From positions 310,001 through 374,000 of the forward strand of contig NIVC01001001.1 in the NCBI GenBank assembly GCA_002269645.1: DNA of 64,000 nucleotides, read 5' to 3'. Of the stretch, positions 50,301-63,000 are shown piece by piece (within the stretch, counting starts at the first letter, position 1; every line of letters begins with the position of its first letter). Source of the stretch: Macrostomum lignano (taxonomy: Eukaryota). A model generated the notes under the pieces. The model was not told the origin of the DNA and ran no database searches. It was given only the letters and a program-made list of their open reading frames with translations. A program made the position numbers and the translations under genes.

Positions 50301-53300
50301 AGCTGCTGGGCCAGCCTCCCAGATCCTCAGTTGCTGGGCCAGCCTCCCAGATCTTCATCAGTTGCTGGGCCACCAGCCTCCCAGATCCTAATTTTCTGGG
50401 CCAGCCTCCCAGATCCCCAGTTGCTGGGCCAGCCTCCCAGATCCTCATTTGCTGGGCCAGCCTCCTAGATCCTCAATTGCTGGGCCAGCCTCCCAGATCC
50501 TCAGTTGGTGGGCCAGCCTCCCAGATCCTCATCAGTTGCTGGGCCACCAGCCTCCCAGTTCCTCAGTTGCTGGGCCAGCCTCCCAGATCCTCAGTTGCTG
50601 GGCCAGCCTCCCAGATCCTCATCAGTTGCTGGGCCACCAGCCTCCCAGATCCTAATTTTCTGGGCCAGTCTCCCAGATCCCCAGTTGCTGGGCCAGCCTC
50701 CCAGATCCTCAGTTGCTGGACCACCAGCCTCCCAGATCCCCAGCATCTCATGATCCCCATCTCCCATGCAGCGCTCACCGATGCTGCAGCGGCAGAAGCT
50801 GCTGTCTGCAGTGCAGCAGGCAGTGCAGGCTGGGCGCCAGACTGATATTAAATCGGTCGCCGAGAGCCGCAGACGCAACGCTGGCACTGCTGGACTTCAG
50901 CAGGCTGAAAGGCACAAGGTAAAGGTCGCCCTGAGGCACAATGATGAGGCTTGGACGCTGCTGCTGCTGTTGTTGCGGCAGGTGAGGCTCCAACTCGGCG
51001 ATAAGCACCGAGTACAGGTGGCCCAGAGCCCGACGCCCGATGCCGCTCCCGCTGGCGCCGCTGCCGCCGCTTCGTCCGGAGGCGAGCGACAGCGAATCGG
51101 CGGCCGCGGCGGCTGCGGCGGCTTTCGCAGCGGCGGCAGGAGCGGCGAAGAAGCCGGCTGAGACGGAGGCCACGCTGTGGGCCTCGGAGTCCTCGCCGCC
51201 GCGCTCGAAGTCGGGGTCCAGCTGGTTCACGTCTGTCTGGCGGAATGCCACCAGCCCGTCTGCGGGGGTGAGCAGCCAGGTGTACAGGTATCCGGCGGCC
51301 AGGGAGAAGTACACCAGGCTGGAGTCGCAGTCGCGTACTAGGCGTAGCATCTCATCGTAGGTCATTGGGCCCTGCGGGTGAGTGATCGAATGATTAAGTG
51401 AGTGATATAGTGAGTGAGTGAGTGAGTGAGTGAGTGAGTGAGTGAGTGAGTGAGTGATATAGTGAGTGAGTGAGTGAGTGAGTGAGTGAGAAAGTGAGTG
51501 AGTGAGAAAGTGAGTGAGTGAGAAAGTGAGTGAGTGAGTGAGTGAGTGAAAAAGTGAGTGAGTGAGTGAGTGAGTGAGAAAAGGAGTGAGTGAGAAAGTG
51601 AGTGAGTGAGAAAGTGAGTGAGTGAGAAAGTGAGTGAGAAAGTGAGTGAGTGAGTGAGTGAGTGAGAAAGTGAGTGAGTGAGAAAAGAGTGAGTGAGTGA
51701 GTGAGTAAATGAGAAAGTGAGTGAGTGAGAAAGTGAGTGAGTGAGAAAGTGACTGAGTGAATGAGTGAGTGAGTGAGTGAGTGAGTGAGTGAGTGAGTGA
51801 GTGAGTGAGTGAGAAAGTGAGCGAGTGAGAAAGTGACTGAGTGAATGAGTGAGTGAGTGAGTGACTGAGAAAGTGAGTGAGTGAGAAAGTGACTGAGTGA
51901 ATGAGTGAGTGAGTGAGTGAGTGAATCAGTGAGTGAATCAGTGAGTGAGTGAGTGAGCCCCCACCTGCAGGATGTCGCTCAGCTCCGCGTCGGCCTCCTT
52001 AGCCTGCCGGTCCAGCAGCAGGTCAACAAACGGCCTGGCCTGGCAAGTCTCTGCAGCAACGAGAGCCTCCTGGGGACGGCCGAGAGCGGCCAGGACTCGC
52101 TGCAGCGCCTGCGAACAGGCCGTCTGAGCTGACAGCAGCGCAGCCCGCTGCTCGGAGGCCAGGCGTTGACGCTCGCCACGGCGGAGCTCGTCGAATAAGT
52201 CGAACGCCGACTGCAACTGCTGGCGAGAGTCAGACAGGCGGCCGCTGGCCCAGAGAGAGAGGCCGAGCCGGTGGCGGAGCCGGGCCTCCTCCTCGCGGTA
52301 GCCGGTCTTCTCGGCGGCCTTAAGGTGGGCGGGTTCAATTAAGGTCATCGGGGGAATTTCAAGTCGGGGTGGTGTAGCCGCAGCCTAGCTTAAAGATCAA
52401 AAGGATTAGCCGCATCTTGGCCTCAAGATCAAACGGATTAGCCGCAGCCTAGCTTAAAGATCAAAGGAATTAGCCTCAGCCTAAATTAAAGATCAAATGA
52501 ATTACCCACAGCATAGCCTCAAGATCAAAGACGATTAGCCGCATCTTAGATTAAAGATCAAAGGGGTTAGCCGCATCTTAGATTAAAGATCAAAGGGGTT
52601 AGCCGCATCTTAGATTAAAGATCAAAGGGGTTAGCCGCATCTTAGATTAAAAATCAAAGGGGTTAGCCGCATCTTAGATTAAAGATCAAAGGGGTTAGCC
52701 GCATCTTAGATTAAAGATCAAAGGGGTTAGCCGCATCTTAGATTAAAGATCAAAGGGGTTAGCCGCAGCCTAGATTAAAGATCAAAGGGGTTAGCCGCAT
52801 CTTAGATTAAAGATCAAAGGGGTTAGCCGCATCTTAGATTAAAGATCAAAGGGGTTAGCCGCAGCCAAAAGATCAAAGGGGTTAGCCGCAGCCAAAAGAT
52901 CAAAGGGGTTAGCCGCAGCCTAGATTAAAGATCAAAGGGGTTAGCCGCAGCCTAGATTAAAGATCAAAGGGGTTAGCCGCAGCCAAAAGTCAAAGGGGTT
53001 AGCCGCAGCCTAGATTAAAGATCAAAGGGGTTAGCCGCAGCCTGCATTTAAGATCAAAGGGGTTAGCCGCAGCCTACATTTAAGATCAAAGAGACTTGCC
53101 GCTTTAGCCCAGACTCACCTGCAGTCCGTCGCGCAGGTAGCGTATGGCCTCCCCGTATCCAGCTAGGCAGTGGTGAATGCGCCCCAGCGCTGTCAGAGCC
53201 GACAGCTTCGCCTGTTCCTTGGCCAGCTCGCCCGCGGATCTCAGGTGCCGCTCCTGATAGTCCAGCGCCAGCCGGTAGTCGCCCTGAGCCTCGTAGGCCA

Positions 53301-53650
53301 GGCCGATGTTGCCGAAGGCTCGGCAGCGAGCTTCGGGCAGCGAGTTCGACTCGGCTAGCCGAAGATCCAGCAAATGGAATTCCAGACTGCGGCCGAAATC
53401 CGACATCTGCTGGTAGACCCTGCCCAGGCCCGAGGCCGCGTCCGCCTCTGTGCTGGGCGAGCCCGCCTGGTGATGGCGGAGTTGGATGGCTGGCTGTCTG
53501 TCTGTCTGTCTGTCTTTCTGTCTGTCTGCCTTAGTGTCTGTCTGTCTGTCTGTCTGTCTGTCTTAGTGTCTGTCTTAGTGTCTGTCTGTCTGTCTGTCTG
53601 TCTGCCTGTCTGTCTGCCTGTCTGTGTGTCTGTCTGTCTGCCTGTCTGTG

Positions 53651-53691
<41 letters not shown>

Positions 53692-53830
53692 GCCTGTCTG
53701 TCTTAGAGTCTGTCTGACTGTCTGTCTGTGTGTGTGTGTCTGTCTGTCTGTCTGTCTGTCTTAGTGTCTTAGTGTCTTAGTGTCTGTCTGTCTGTCTGCC
53801 TGTCTGTCTGTCTGCCTGTCTGTGTGTGTG

Positions 53831-53883
<53 letters not shown>

Positions 53884-53990
53884 GCCTGCCTGTCTGTCTG
53901 TCTGCCTGTCTGTCTTAGTGTCTGTCTGTCTACCTGTCTGTGTGTCTGCCTGTCTGTGTGTCTGTCTGTCTGTCTGTCTGTGTGTGGGTG

Positions 53991-54055
<65 letters not shown>

Positions 54056-57000
54056 TTCTGTCTGTCTGTCTGTCTGTCTGCCTGTCTGTCTGCCTTAGTG
54101 TCCCTCCAAGTCTCTCCAATATCACCTCAGTAACTGTCCCAGAATCCCATCGCCATCATCGCGCACCTGTTTAGCCACCCTCAGCTGGTGGGTCAGGCAG
54201 CCAATCGCCTGCTCAAAGTTGCCGCTAGCAGCGTGCAGGCCGCCCATCTCGCCGTAGGCCGAGGCCATCCAGTCCAACCGCTGGGCCTCGTGAGCCACAA
54301 CCAGCCGCTTCTCCTGGCAGACCAGCGCCTGCTGCAGGCTGCCGCTGTGCCGATGACAGGCGGCCAAGCCAGCCAGGGCCCGCTGCTGCCCAGTTAGATT
54401 AGCAATCCGCTGGCACAGAGCCAAATAGCGTTCGTAGCAACCAACGGCGCCTTCCCAGTCGCCAAGCGATTCGTAGCACATGCCTAATCGGCACAGAGCT
54501 TCGCCGCGTTCGCCGTCGACAGCCCGACGACTTGGCGGCAGACGGTCGAGCTGGGACAGCTGCTGCTCCAGGTAGCCAATGGCCTGTTCGAACTCACTGC
54601 TTGACACCTTGGCAGCGGCTAGTTGACCGCAAGCTCTGGCCTCCAGGGCTGGCTGGCCGGACTCCTGGGCCAGGCGGAGGGCTTCCTCGAAGCACCGAAC
54701 TGCGGAACCGACATTGCTCAGCGCCAGGTTGGTGCCGCCCAGGTGGCACAGCGCCTGCGGCGGTTGGGGATGTGATAATTAATAATTAGTAACTCCAATT
54801 ATAATTGTAACTGCTGGGCAATACGCATCTTCTAAATAATTAGGAAGCTTATATTGACCCATTAGGTAGCTTATATCGATCCATTAGGTAGCTTATATTG
54901 ATCCATTAGGTATCTTATATTGACCCATTAGGAAGCTTATATTGACCCATTAGGTAGCTTATATTGACCCATTAGGTAGCTTATATTGATCCATTAGGTA
55001 GCTTATATTGACCCATTAGGAAGCTTATATTGACCCATTAGGTAGCTTATATTGACCCATTAGGTAGCTTATATTGACCCATTAGGTAGCTTATATTGAC
55101 CCATTAGGTAGCTTATATTGACCCATTAGGTGGCTTATATTGACCCATTAGGTGGCTTATATTGACCCATTAGGTGGCTTATACTGACTCATTAGGTGGC
55201 TTATATTGACCCATTAGGTGGCTTATATTGACCCATTAGGTAGCTTATTTTGATCAATTAGGTAGCATATATTGACCCATTAGGTAGCTTATTTTGATCT
55301 ATTAGGTAGCTTATTTTGACCGGTAAGTAGCTTACCTGACACACGGGTGCCTGGTCGAGCGGCGATTGGCTAAGCGTCAATTTAGAATCGCCCAGGTGAG
55401 ACTGCCTCTCCAGACTGTACGTGGCACTACTGTGCCTGCCAGCCTCATCAACCACCTGCCTAGCCAATTCCAATTCTAATTGATGATGCCGTAGAGCGGC
55501 TAATTGGTTGCCAAGGCGACTGTGCGCTTCGCCTAGGCCGGCGTGAGCGGCCACTAATAGCCGAGGCCGATTGCCGGCAAGCTGAAGCTGCTCAGCCCGA
55601 AGCTCCATCGCTTGGGCGGTGTCACCCAGAGACATGCTGGCGTCGGCCAGATGACCGAGTGAGCGAAACTCCAGATCTGGCTGCTGCTGCTGCTGCAAGG
55701 AAAAGAGACAAAATTATATATTAAATTAGTATTACGATAATAGCAATTGATTACACCTGCCCTAATGGGCTATTGCGCGGCGCATCTGAAGACTGCGTAC
55801 GGCTGTTCAGTCCAAGGACTGGGGGGTCGCCACACGCACCCTCAATTACCCCAGCTAATGCTGGTACCCATTTTACAGCTGGGTGAACTGAAGAAACTGA
55901 AGTGTTAAGTGTTTCGCTCAAGGACACAAATTGTTCCGAGTGGGACATGGGTCGAACCCCCAAACTACCAATCGTGAGTATGACGCTCTAACCACTAGGC
56001 ATACAGAACATTACATAGCTCATTAGACAGCATTTATGATCAGTTGCTAGGCAGCCAATCAGAGCTGGATGGAAGTCTGCAAGGTCTGTTAGGTAGTTCC
56101 AGAAACACGAGGCAGTCTAATAATTCAATAATCAGTAATTTATTACTCAATGTTCATTGTTTTTGCAAAAACAAAAATAATGCAAAAAAGAGACAGACTG
56201 ATGGCATCTTGCGAACTAAAATTCCAGCAGAAACTGTTTTCTTAACGAAGGTTCACAACTGCCTACGACTGTCTGTCAGTCAAAAGCGTCGAGAGCACGA
56301 GATGCCTCAATGTGTCAAAAGGTGAACTCCATAGCATTGACGCCACAGCGTCAATTTCAACTTGAATGATTGGCGACCTAAAACTGCCAATGATTCAAAC
56401 ACGCCTGCCAACTTTGCTTCACTGCTAAGTGTAGGTCTCCAAATTTTAGAATGCAAGCGGCCCATTGCTAGCGATGCAATCATTAAACAATGACGCGTGT
56501 CCTTCGTATACTTCTGAACTTGTCCGGGAGACAGAAAGACAACGAACAGCAAAGACAATGAGACAAAAGACCGTGTTTGCTTAAGGCAATAGGATGACGG
56601 ATAGTTTAAGAAATAAAATCTCTGGTATCGCAGTTCGGAATTTTTTGCACTGGCAAAAAAATGAATTTCGCCCATTTTGATGAAATTCGAAATCAGTTTC
56701 TGGTGGGTGCTGGGCAGCCAGCTGCTGACAGTGCTGGCTCAGTGCCCCGCTCCCTTCTACCTTGAGGCCGGCAGGTGCATATTCGTGAGCACAACTCAGG
56801 GCTTCACCTGGTGCGAGGCCAATCGGCAGTGCTCATCGATCGGAGGCGAGCTCATCAACTCGTACAGCTTGCTGAAGCTGCTGCCCAGCATGCCGAGTTT
56901 TCAAAACGGCAAGAAATACTGGCTCGGAGTGACCGACTTGGCAGATGAGAGACACGCCAGCAAGGAGGGCTGGCAGACGGTGTTCGGCAGAGGCCAGCTG

Positions 57001-60000
57001 CCTCTCGAGGACTCTCTGTGGATCAACGGTGACCCAAACAATAAAGGCGGTAAGCAGGACTGCGTAGCCACCTATACAAGCAGCGCTAAACTCGTCGACC
57101 TCTCCTGCTCTTACAAACGCGGATTCGCGTGCGAGTTCGCTGCAGCTGCTCCGATTGCGGCTCAACTCAACGGCCAGTGGAAGCGAACTCCGTTCAAGCG
57201 GTCCAGCTACAATCCCAGCTCTGAGTACTGCTTCACTGACCTGACCAACATCGACAGCGCTATCGAGTGCGTTGCCATGGCGATGAGATCGAAGGACAGC
57301 CAGCACGTGCTGTTCAATAAGAAACAAAAGAAATGCCGCCTGCTGCACTTCACCGACGCTCAGGTGGAGAAGGCGATCGAGAGGAGCGCCGACTGGGTGA
57401 AGTTCGGCCTGACCTGAGAGGCGAGGAGGCTTGGAGCTGCTGGATCTGACCGCTGAACCGGCTGTGCAATCGAAATAGATACTTTAAGAATAGACTGAAT
57501 ACTCGTAGTTGGTCCGAACATTTCTAACTTTGACCCGAATATTAAGGAGCATTGTGGGGTTTTTTTTACCTGTTTTGGTTGTGGTCCGTGGATTCTACAA
57601 TAGCTTCACGTGGTTTTTGACCCCGTCGAAATGAAAAGAAACAATATATACGATGAAAATTTGAACCTGCATTCCCAAAATTGTTGTTAATCTGGTTTTA
57701 GTTTTTGATACATGGATCAAGGCTCGATTCCTTGGGCTTGGCCGCATTAGCACAAGTTTAATTCAAGCAATATTTGTATTACTAGTCCTTAAGTGGGTGA
57801 CAGCAGCTTGCTCATAGCACAAACGTGCAATTAAACGTACTAATAGGCTGTACAGTCCAAGGACTGGGGGGTCGTCACCCACAGCCTCAATTACCCCAGC
57901 TAATGCTGGCACCCATTTTACAGCTGGGTGAACTGAAGCAATGCAGAGTTAAGCGTCTTGCTCAAGGACACAAATTGTTCCGATTGGGTCAAGAATCGAA
58001 CCCTCGAACTATCAATCGTGAGTATGACTCGCTAACCACAAGGCTACAACCCGCTGTGCACATGTCTGACGATTAGAAAGTCAGGGGCCGCTGTTTACAC
58101 CCTGTGTGAGCTGTGTATGAGTGCCTGCGTACAGTATTGGCGCGCTTGTATGTAGCTCACCAGCTCATCGCCCCTAGCCAACTGCAGGCACTCTTGAAAC
58201 TCTTCGGCCGCCATCTGCCAGTCGCCCAACTCGCCAAGGCACAGGCCCAGCTGGCAGCGGGCTCGCCAAATCGCCGAGCAGGATGACGAACAGACCGGCC
58301 GCTGCAGCAGCTGCAGCTCAGCCCGATGCCAGGTCTCGGCCTCTCGCCACCTGCCCAGCTGGTGACAGACGCAGCCGAGCCTGTGACAAGCGGCAGCCTC
58401 GCCCCGACTGTCGTTGATCTCTGAGCACAGTCGGCGCCATTCTGAGCACAGTTCCAATGCGGCTTGACAGTCGCCCCGACCGCTGGCCAGGAATCCGGCC
58501 ATGGACTCCAGGGCTCTGGCTAGCAGCCGGTGATTGGCCAGTTGGTCGCCGCTGTTAGCTCGAAGCTCGCGAGCCAAGTCCAGCTGTAGCTGCAGATGGT
58601 GGGCCGCCCGTTCCGGCTGTCTCAGCGATTGATAAGCGGCGCCGAGGCGACCGTGGCAGGCGCATTCGGATTGGCGATCGTAGCACTGCTGGAGCAGTTC
58701 CAGCTCCTCGGTGTGGTAGCGAAGGGCCAGGTCTGGCTGGCGCATGGCTGAGTAGGAGCAGCCTGCAAACCGGGTTTTGGGGGTTTAGAAATCGGGATTT
58801 GTAGATTTGAAATCGGGATTTGTAGATTTGAAATCGGGATTTGTAATTTTGAAATCGGGATTTGTAGATTTGAAATCGGGATTTGTAGATTTGAAATCAG
58901 GATCTACAATTTGAAATCGGGATTTGTAGATTTGAAATCAGGATCTACAATTTGAAATCGGGATTTGTAGATTTGAAATCGGGATTTGTAGATTTGAAAT
59001 CGGAATTTATAGATTAGAAATCGGGATTCGTAGATTTGAAATCGGGATTTGTAGATTTGAAATCGGGATTTGTAGTTTTGAAATCGGGATTTGTAGATTT
59101 TAAATCGAGATTTGTAGTTTTGAAATTATATTTGTAGATTTGAAATCGGAATTTATAGATTAGAAATCGGGATTCGTAGATTTGAATTCGGGATTTGTAA
59201 TTTGAAATCGGGATTTGTAGTTTTGAAATCGGGATTTGTAGATTTGAATTCGGGATTTGTAGATTTGAAATCGGGATTTGTAGATTTGAATTCGGGATTT
59301 GTAGATTTGAAATCGGGATTTGTAGATTTGAAATCGGGATTTGTAGTTTTGAAATCGGGATTTGTAGATTTGAAATCGGGATTTGTAGATTTTAAATCGG
59401 GATTTGTAGTTTTGAAATTATATTTGTAGATTTGAAATCGGAATTTATAGATTAGAAATCGGGATTCGTAGATTTGAAATCGGGATTTGTAGATTTGAAA
59501 TCGAGATTCGTAGATTTGAAATTGGGATTTGTAGATTTGAAATCGGGATTTGTAGATTTGAAATCGGGATTTGTAGATTTTAAATCGGGATTTGTAGTTT
59601 TGAAATTATATTTGTAGATTTGAAATCGGAATTTATAGATTAGAAATCGGGATTCGTAGATTTGAAATCGGGATTTGTAGATTTGAAATCGAGATTCGTA
59701 GATTTGAAATTGGGATTTGTAGATTTGAAATCGGGATTTGTAGATTTGAAATCGGGATTTGTAGATTAAAAAACGGGATCTGTAGATTTGTAATCGGATT
59801 TGAAGATTTAATATTGGGATTTGTGGATTTGAAATCGGGATTTCTAGATTAGCACTTGTTACTTACCGATATTTCCAAGAGCTTTGGCCCTCCCAGGCCT
59901 ATCATGCAGCAGTTCCGCCAGTCTCAAATGCGCCTTATGCAATTTGACAGCCGATTCGTAGTCGCCCAGAAGCTGATAGACCAGACCCAGGGAGCCGCAG

Positions 60001-63000
60001 GCGGCCGCCTCTAGCTCACGATTTGCGCAGCGTAGGGCGCAGTTTAACTGAGCCTCGTGCATGCGTCGCGATTCGGCAAGGTCGCCGTCTAGACGATGAC
60101 AGGCGCCCAGGGCGCCGCAGGCGCGACCCTGAAGAAGCGGGTCGCCTAGTTGCTGAGCCTGGGCCAGGGCCTCCTCCAGGTGTGGCCAGGCCTGACCGGG
60201 TTCGCGTTTGGCCAGGTGATCGGAGCCCAGGTTAAGCAGGGCTCGGCAGCGCTCTTCCCGGCTGCCCAGTCTAGGAAGAAATATTTAAAAAATTGTCATT
60301 TTTAGGACTATGATACTACTTTTAGTAGAAAAAAAGTCAGAGAAAATACAAAAGCACATTTAAACTACCAGCATACAGCGCTATGATCAAACTACTAATA
60401 GTAGCGTTTATTATACACAAAATGAGGGTAGCCTTATCTATCAGGAGGGGGGGGTTGTATGTAGCCTAGAGGTTGGAGCGTGGACTCGCGGCTGAAAGGT
60501 CGGTTGTTCGATTCGCGACCCACTAGGAACAATTTGTGTCCTTGAGAGCAAGACACTCAACTCTGCATTGCTTCAGTTCACCCAGCTGTAAAATGGGTGC
60601 CAGCATTAGCTGGGGAAAGTCCTTGGACTGAACAGCCGTAGGGTATGGTACACAGCCACACATCCACCACAGCCCCCATTAGGGCAGGTGTAATCAACTA
60701 TTACTATGATTATTATCAGTAATGAAGACAAAACACAGACGAATTATTAAATCTATCTTATTCTTAACAGAAGCTACAAATCGTAAGTAGTTTAGCTCTC
60801 AAAGCAAGCATAATCGCAAAATATAATAGATTAATTGAAACTACTGTGAAAAGATTAAATATTCATTAATTTAAGCTACTATTAGTAGCCTTTAACGAAA
60901 TTACGATAAAAAGATAAAATAGAGCAATTTAAGCTACTACGAGTATTAGTAGTTTCAAACAGGTATCACTTTACAAAAAAATACAGCTAATTTTAGTTAC
61001 ATCAAAAACGTACTAAATTTTAACCTACTAATAGTAGTTTCAACCGAGCATTTATCTCACCTATTAGCCAATCGCAGCTGTTCGCTGTGGCACTCTAGCG
61101 CATTGTCCAGCTCTCCCATAGCCAGATAGACGCTGCCAACGCTGCCAATTTCCGCAGCTTCAAGCAACGGCAAGTCGCTCTGATGGCAGAGCAGAGCGCA
61201 CTGCCGGTGGCTTGACAGCGCGTTGGTTAAATCTCCCAGGGCGCTGTACAGATGTCCCAGATTAGTCAGGGCGTGAATCGCTGTGTCGCGTTGGCGAAGC
61301 TTCAACGCGCAACGCAGCTGTTGTTTCTGATGCGCCAGAGCTTCGGCGAAGTCGCCTTGGACGAAGTGGGCGGCGCCAAGATTGCCGTGGGCGCGGCATT
61401 GGCCTTCCTCGTCGCCTGGAAGTGATGCAGTTTGGGTGGCAGATTTTATTTAATGAGGTTGCTTGGATGCTGGCTAATTCGGACATATAGAAATAAGGAA
61501 GCTCATGATGATGTGGAAGAGGAGAATCTGACTGAGGATGGGGCGGAAGGTGAGGATCTGACGACCTAAGTATGGGCTGGAAGTTAAGAGTCTGAGAACC
61601 TGAAGATGGGGCGGAAGCTGATGAATTGAAGACACGAGGTTGGGGCGGAAGCTGAGGATCTGACGACCTAAGTGTGGGGTGGAAGTTGAGTGTCTGAGGA
61701 CCTGAGGATGGGGCGGAAGCTGATGAATTGAAGACAAGAGGTTGGGGCGGAAGCTGAGGATCTGACGACCTAAGTATGAGGTGGAAGTTGAGTGTCTGAG
61801 GAGCTGAGGATGGGGCGGAAGCTGAGATTCTGAGGACCTGAGGATGGAGCGGAAGCTGAGGGACTGAGGACCTGAGGATGGGGCGAAAGCTGAGAGTCTG
61901 AAAACATGAGGATGGGATGGAAGCTGAGATTCTGAAGACCTAAGGATGGAGCGGAAGCTGAGATTCTGAAGACCTAAGGATGGGGTGGAAGTTGAGGGTC
62001 TGAGGAGCTGAGGATGGGGCGGAAGCTGATGAATTGAAGACAAGAGGTTGGGGCGGAAGCTGAGGATCTGACGACCTAAGTATGAGGTGGAAGTTGAGTG
62101 TCTGAGGAGCTGAGGATGGGGCGGAAGCTGAGTCTGAGGACCTGAGGATGGGGCGGAAGCTGAGTCTGAGGAGCTGAGGATGGGATGGAAGCTGAGGATT
62201 TAACGATGATCATAGGTCCTGAAAATGAACCTACACAATCCTAAACCATTCTCTTCTAGCTTAGTAGCAGCAAACAGCAATAAATAAATCAGACAGAGAG
62301 ACAGTGCGCAGTGGACCAGTGGATTTCTAATCAAAAGATGAAATATCAGACATAGAGGCGGCATTGGGCCAGTGGACCCTAGCCGGAACACATACAATAC
62401 AATAAGATATACATTTACAATATCCAGTTTCATTTATAACCCACTAGGCCCTATTAATCTGCATTAACCGATCTTGGGAAAAGGGCAAGCAACAAACTGT
62501 GTGCGCTTCTTCGAGTGGCATTATATGACATATCGGAACAAATAGCTGGGATGATAAAGACCCCGATAAAAAAACTATACCGAAAATGTACTAAACTCTG
62601 CAGCTGTTATAAATATACTGCAGTGCTTTCAGCTAAAGCTTACTTGACTATAAGATTTCACTCTTTTGATATCCAAATCTCACTACTCTTTTGATATCCA
62701 AATCTCACTACTCTTTTGATATCCAAATCTCACTACTCTTTTGATATCCAAATCTCACTACTCTTTTGATATCCAAATCTCACTTTTTTGATATCCAAAT
62801 CTCACTCTTTTGATATCCAAATCTCACTCTTTTGATATCCAAATCTCACTCTTTTGATATCCAAATCTCACTCTTTTGATATCCAAATCTCACTCTTTTG
62901 ATATCCAAATCTCACTCTTTGATATCCAAATCTCACTCTTTTGATATCCAAATCTCACTCTTTTGATATCCAAATCTCACTCTTGAAATCTCACTCAAAT

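Noticed and set aside
55454-55456. Earlier in-frame donor (CAG|GTGGTT) for the TTC28 exon 55336-55692
   Set aside because: The downstream GTAAGC donor is a stronger consensus and restores the xxCQ-ALCHLG TPR register.
56307-56675. 122 aa minus-strand ORF upstream of the nested lectin
   Set aside because: No motif or codon bias; most likely the lectin's promoter or 5' region.
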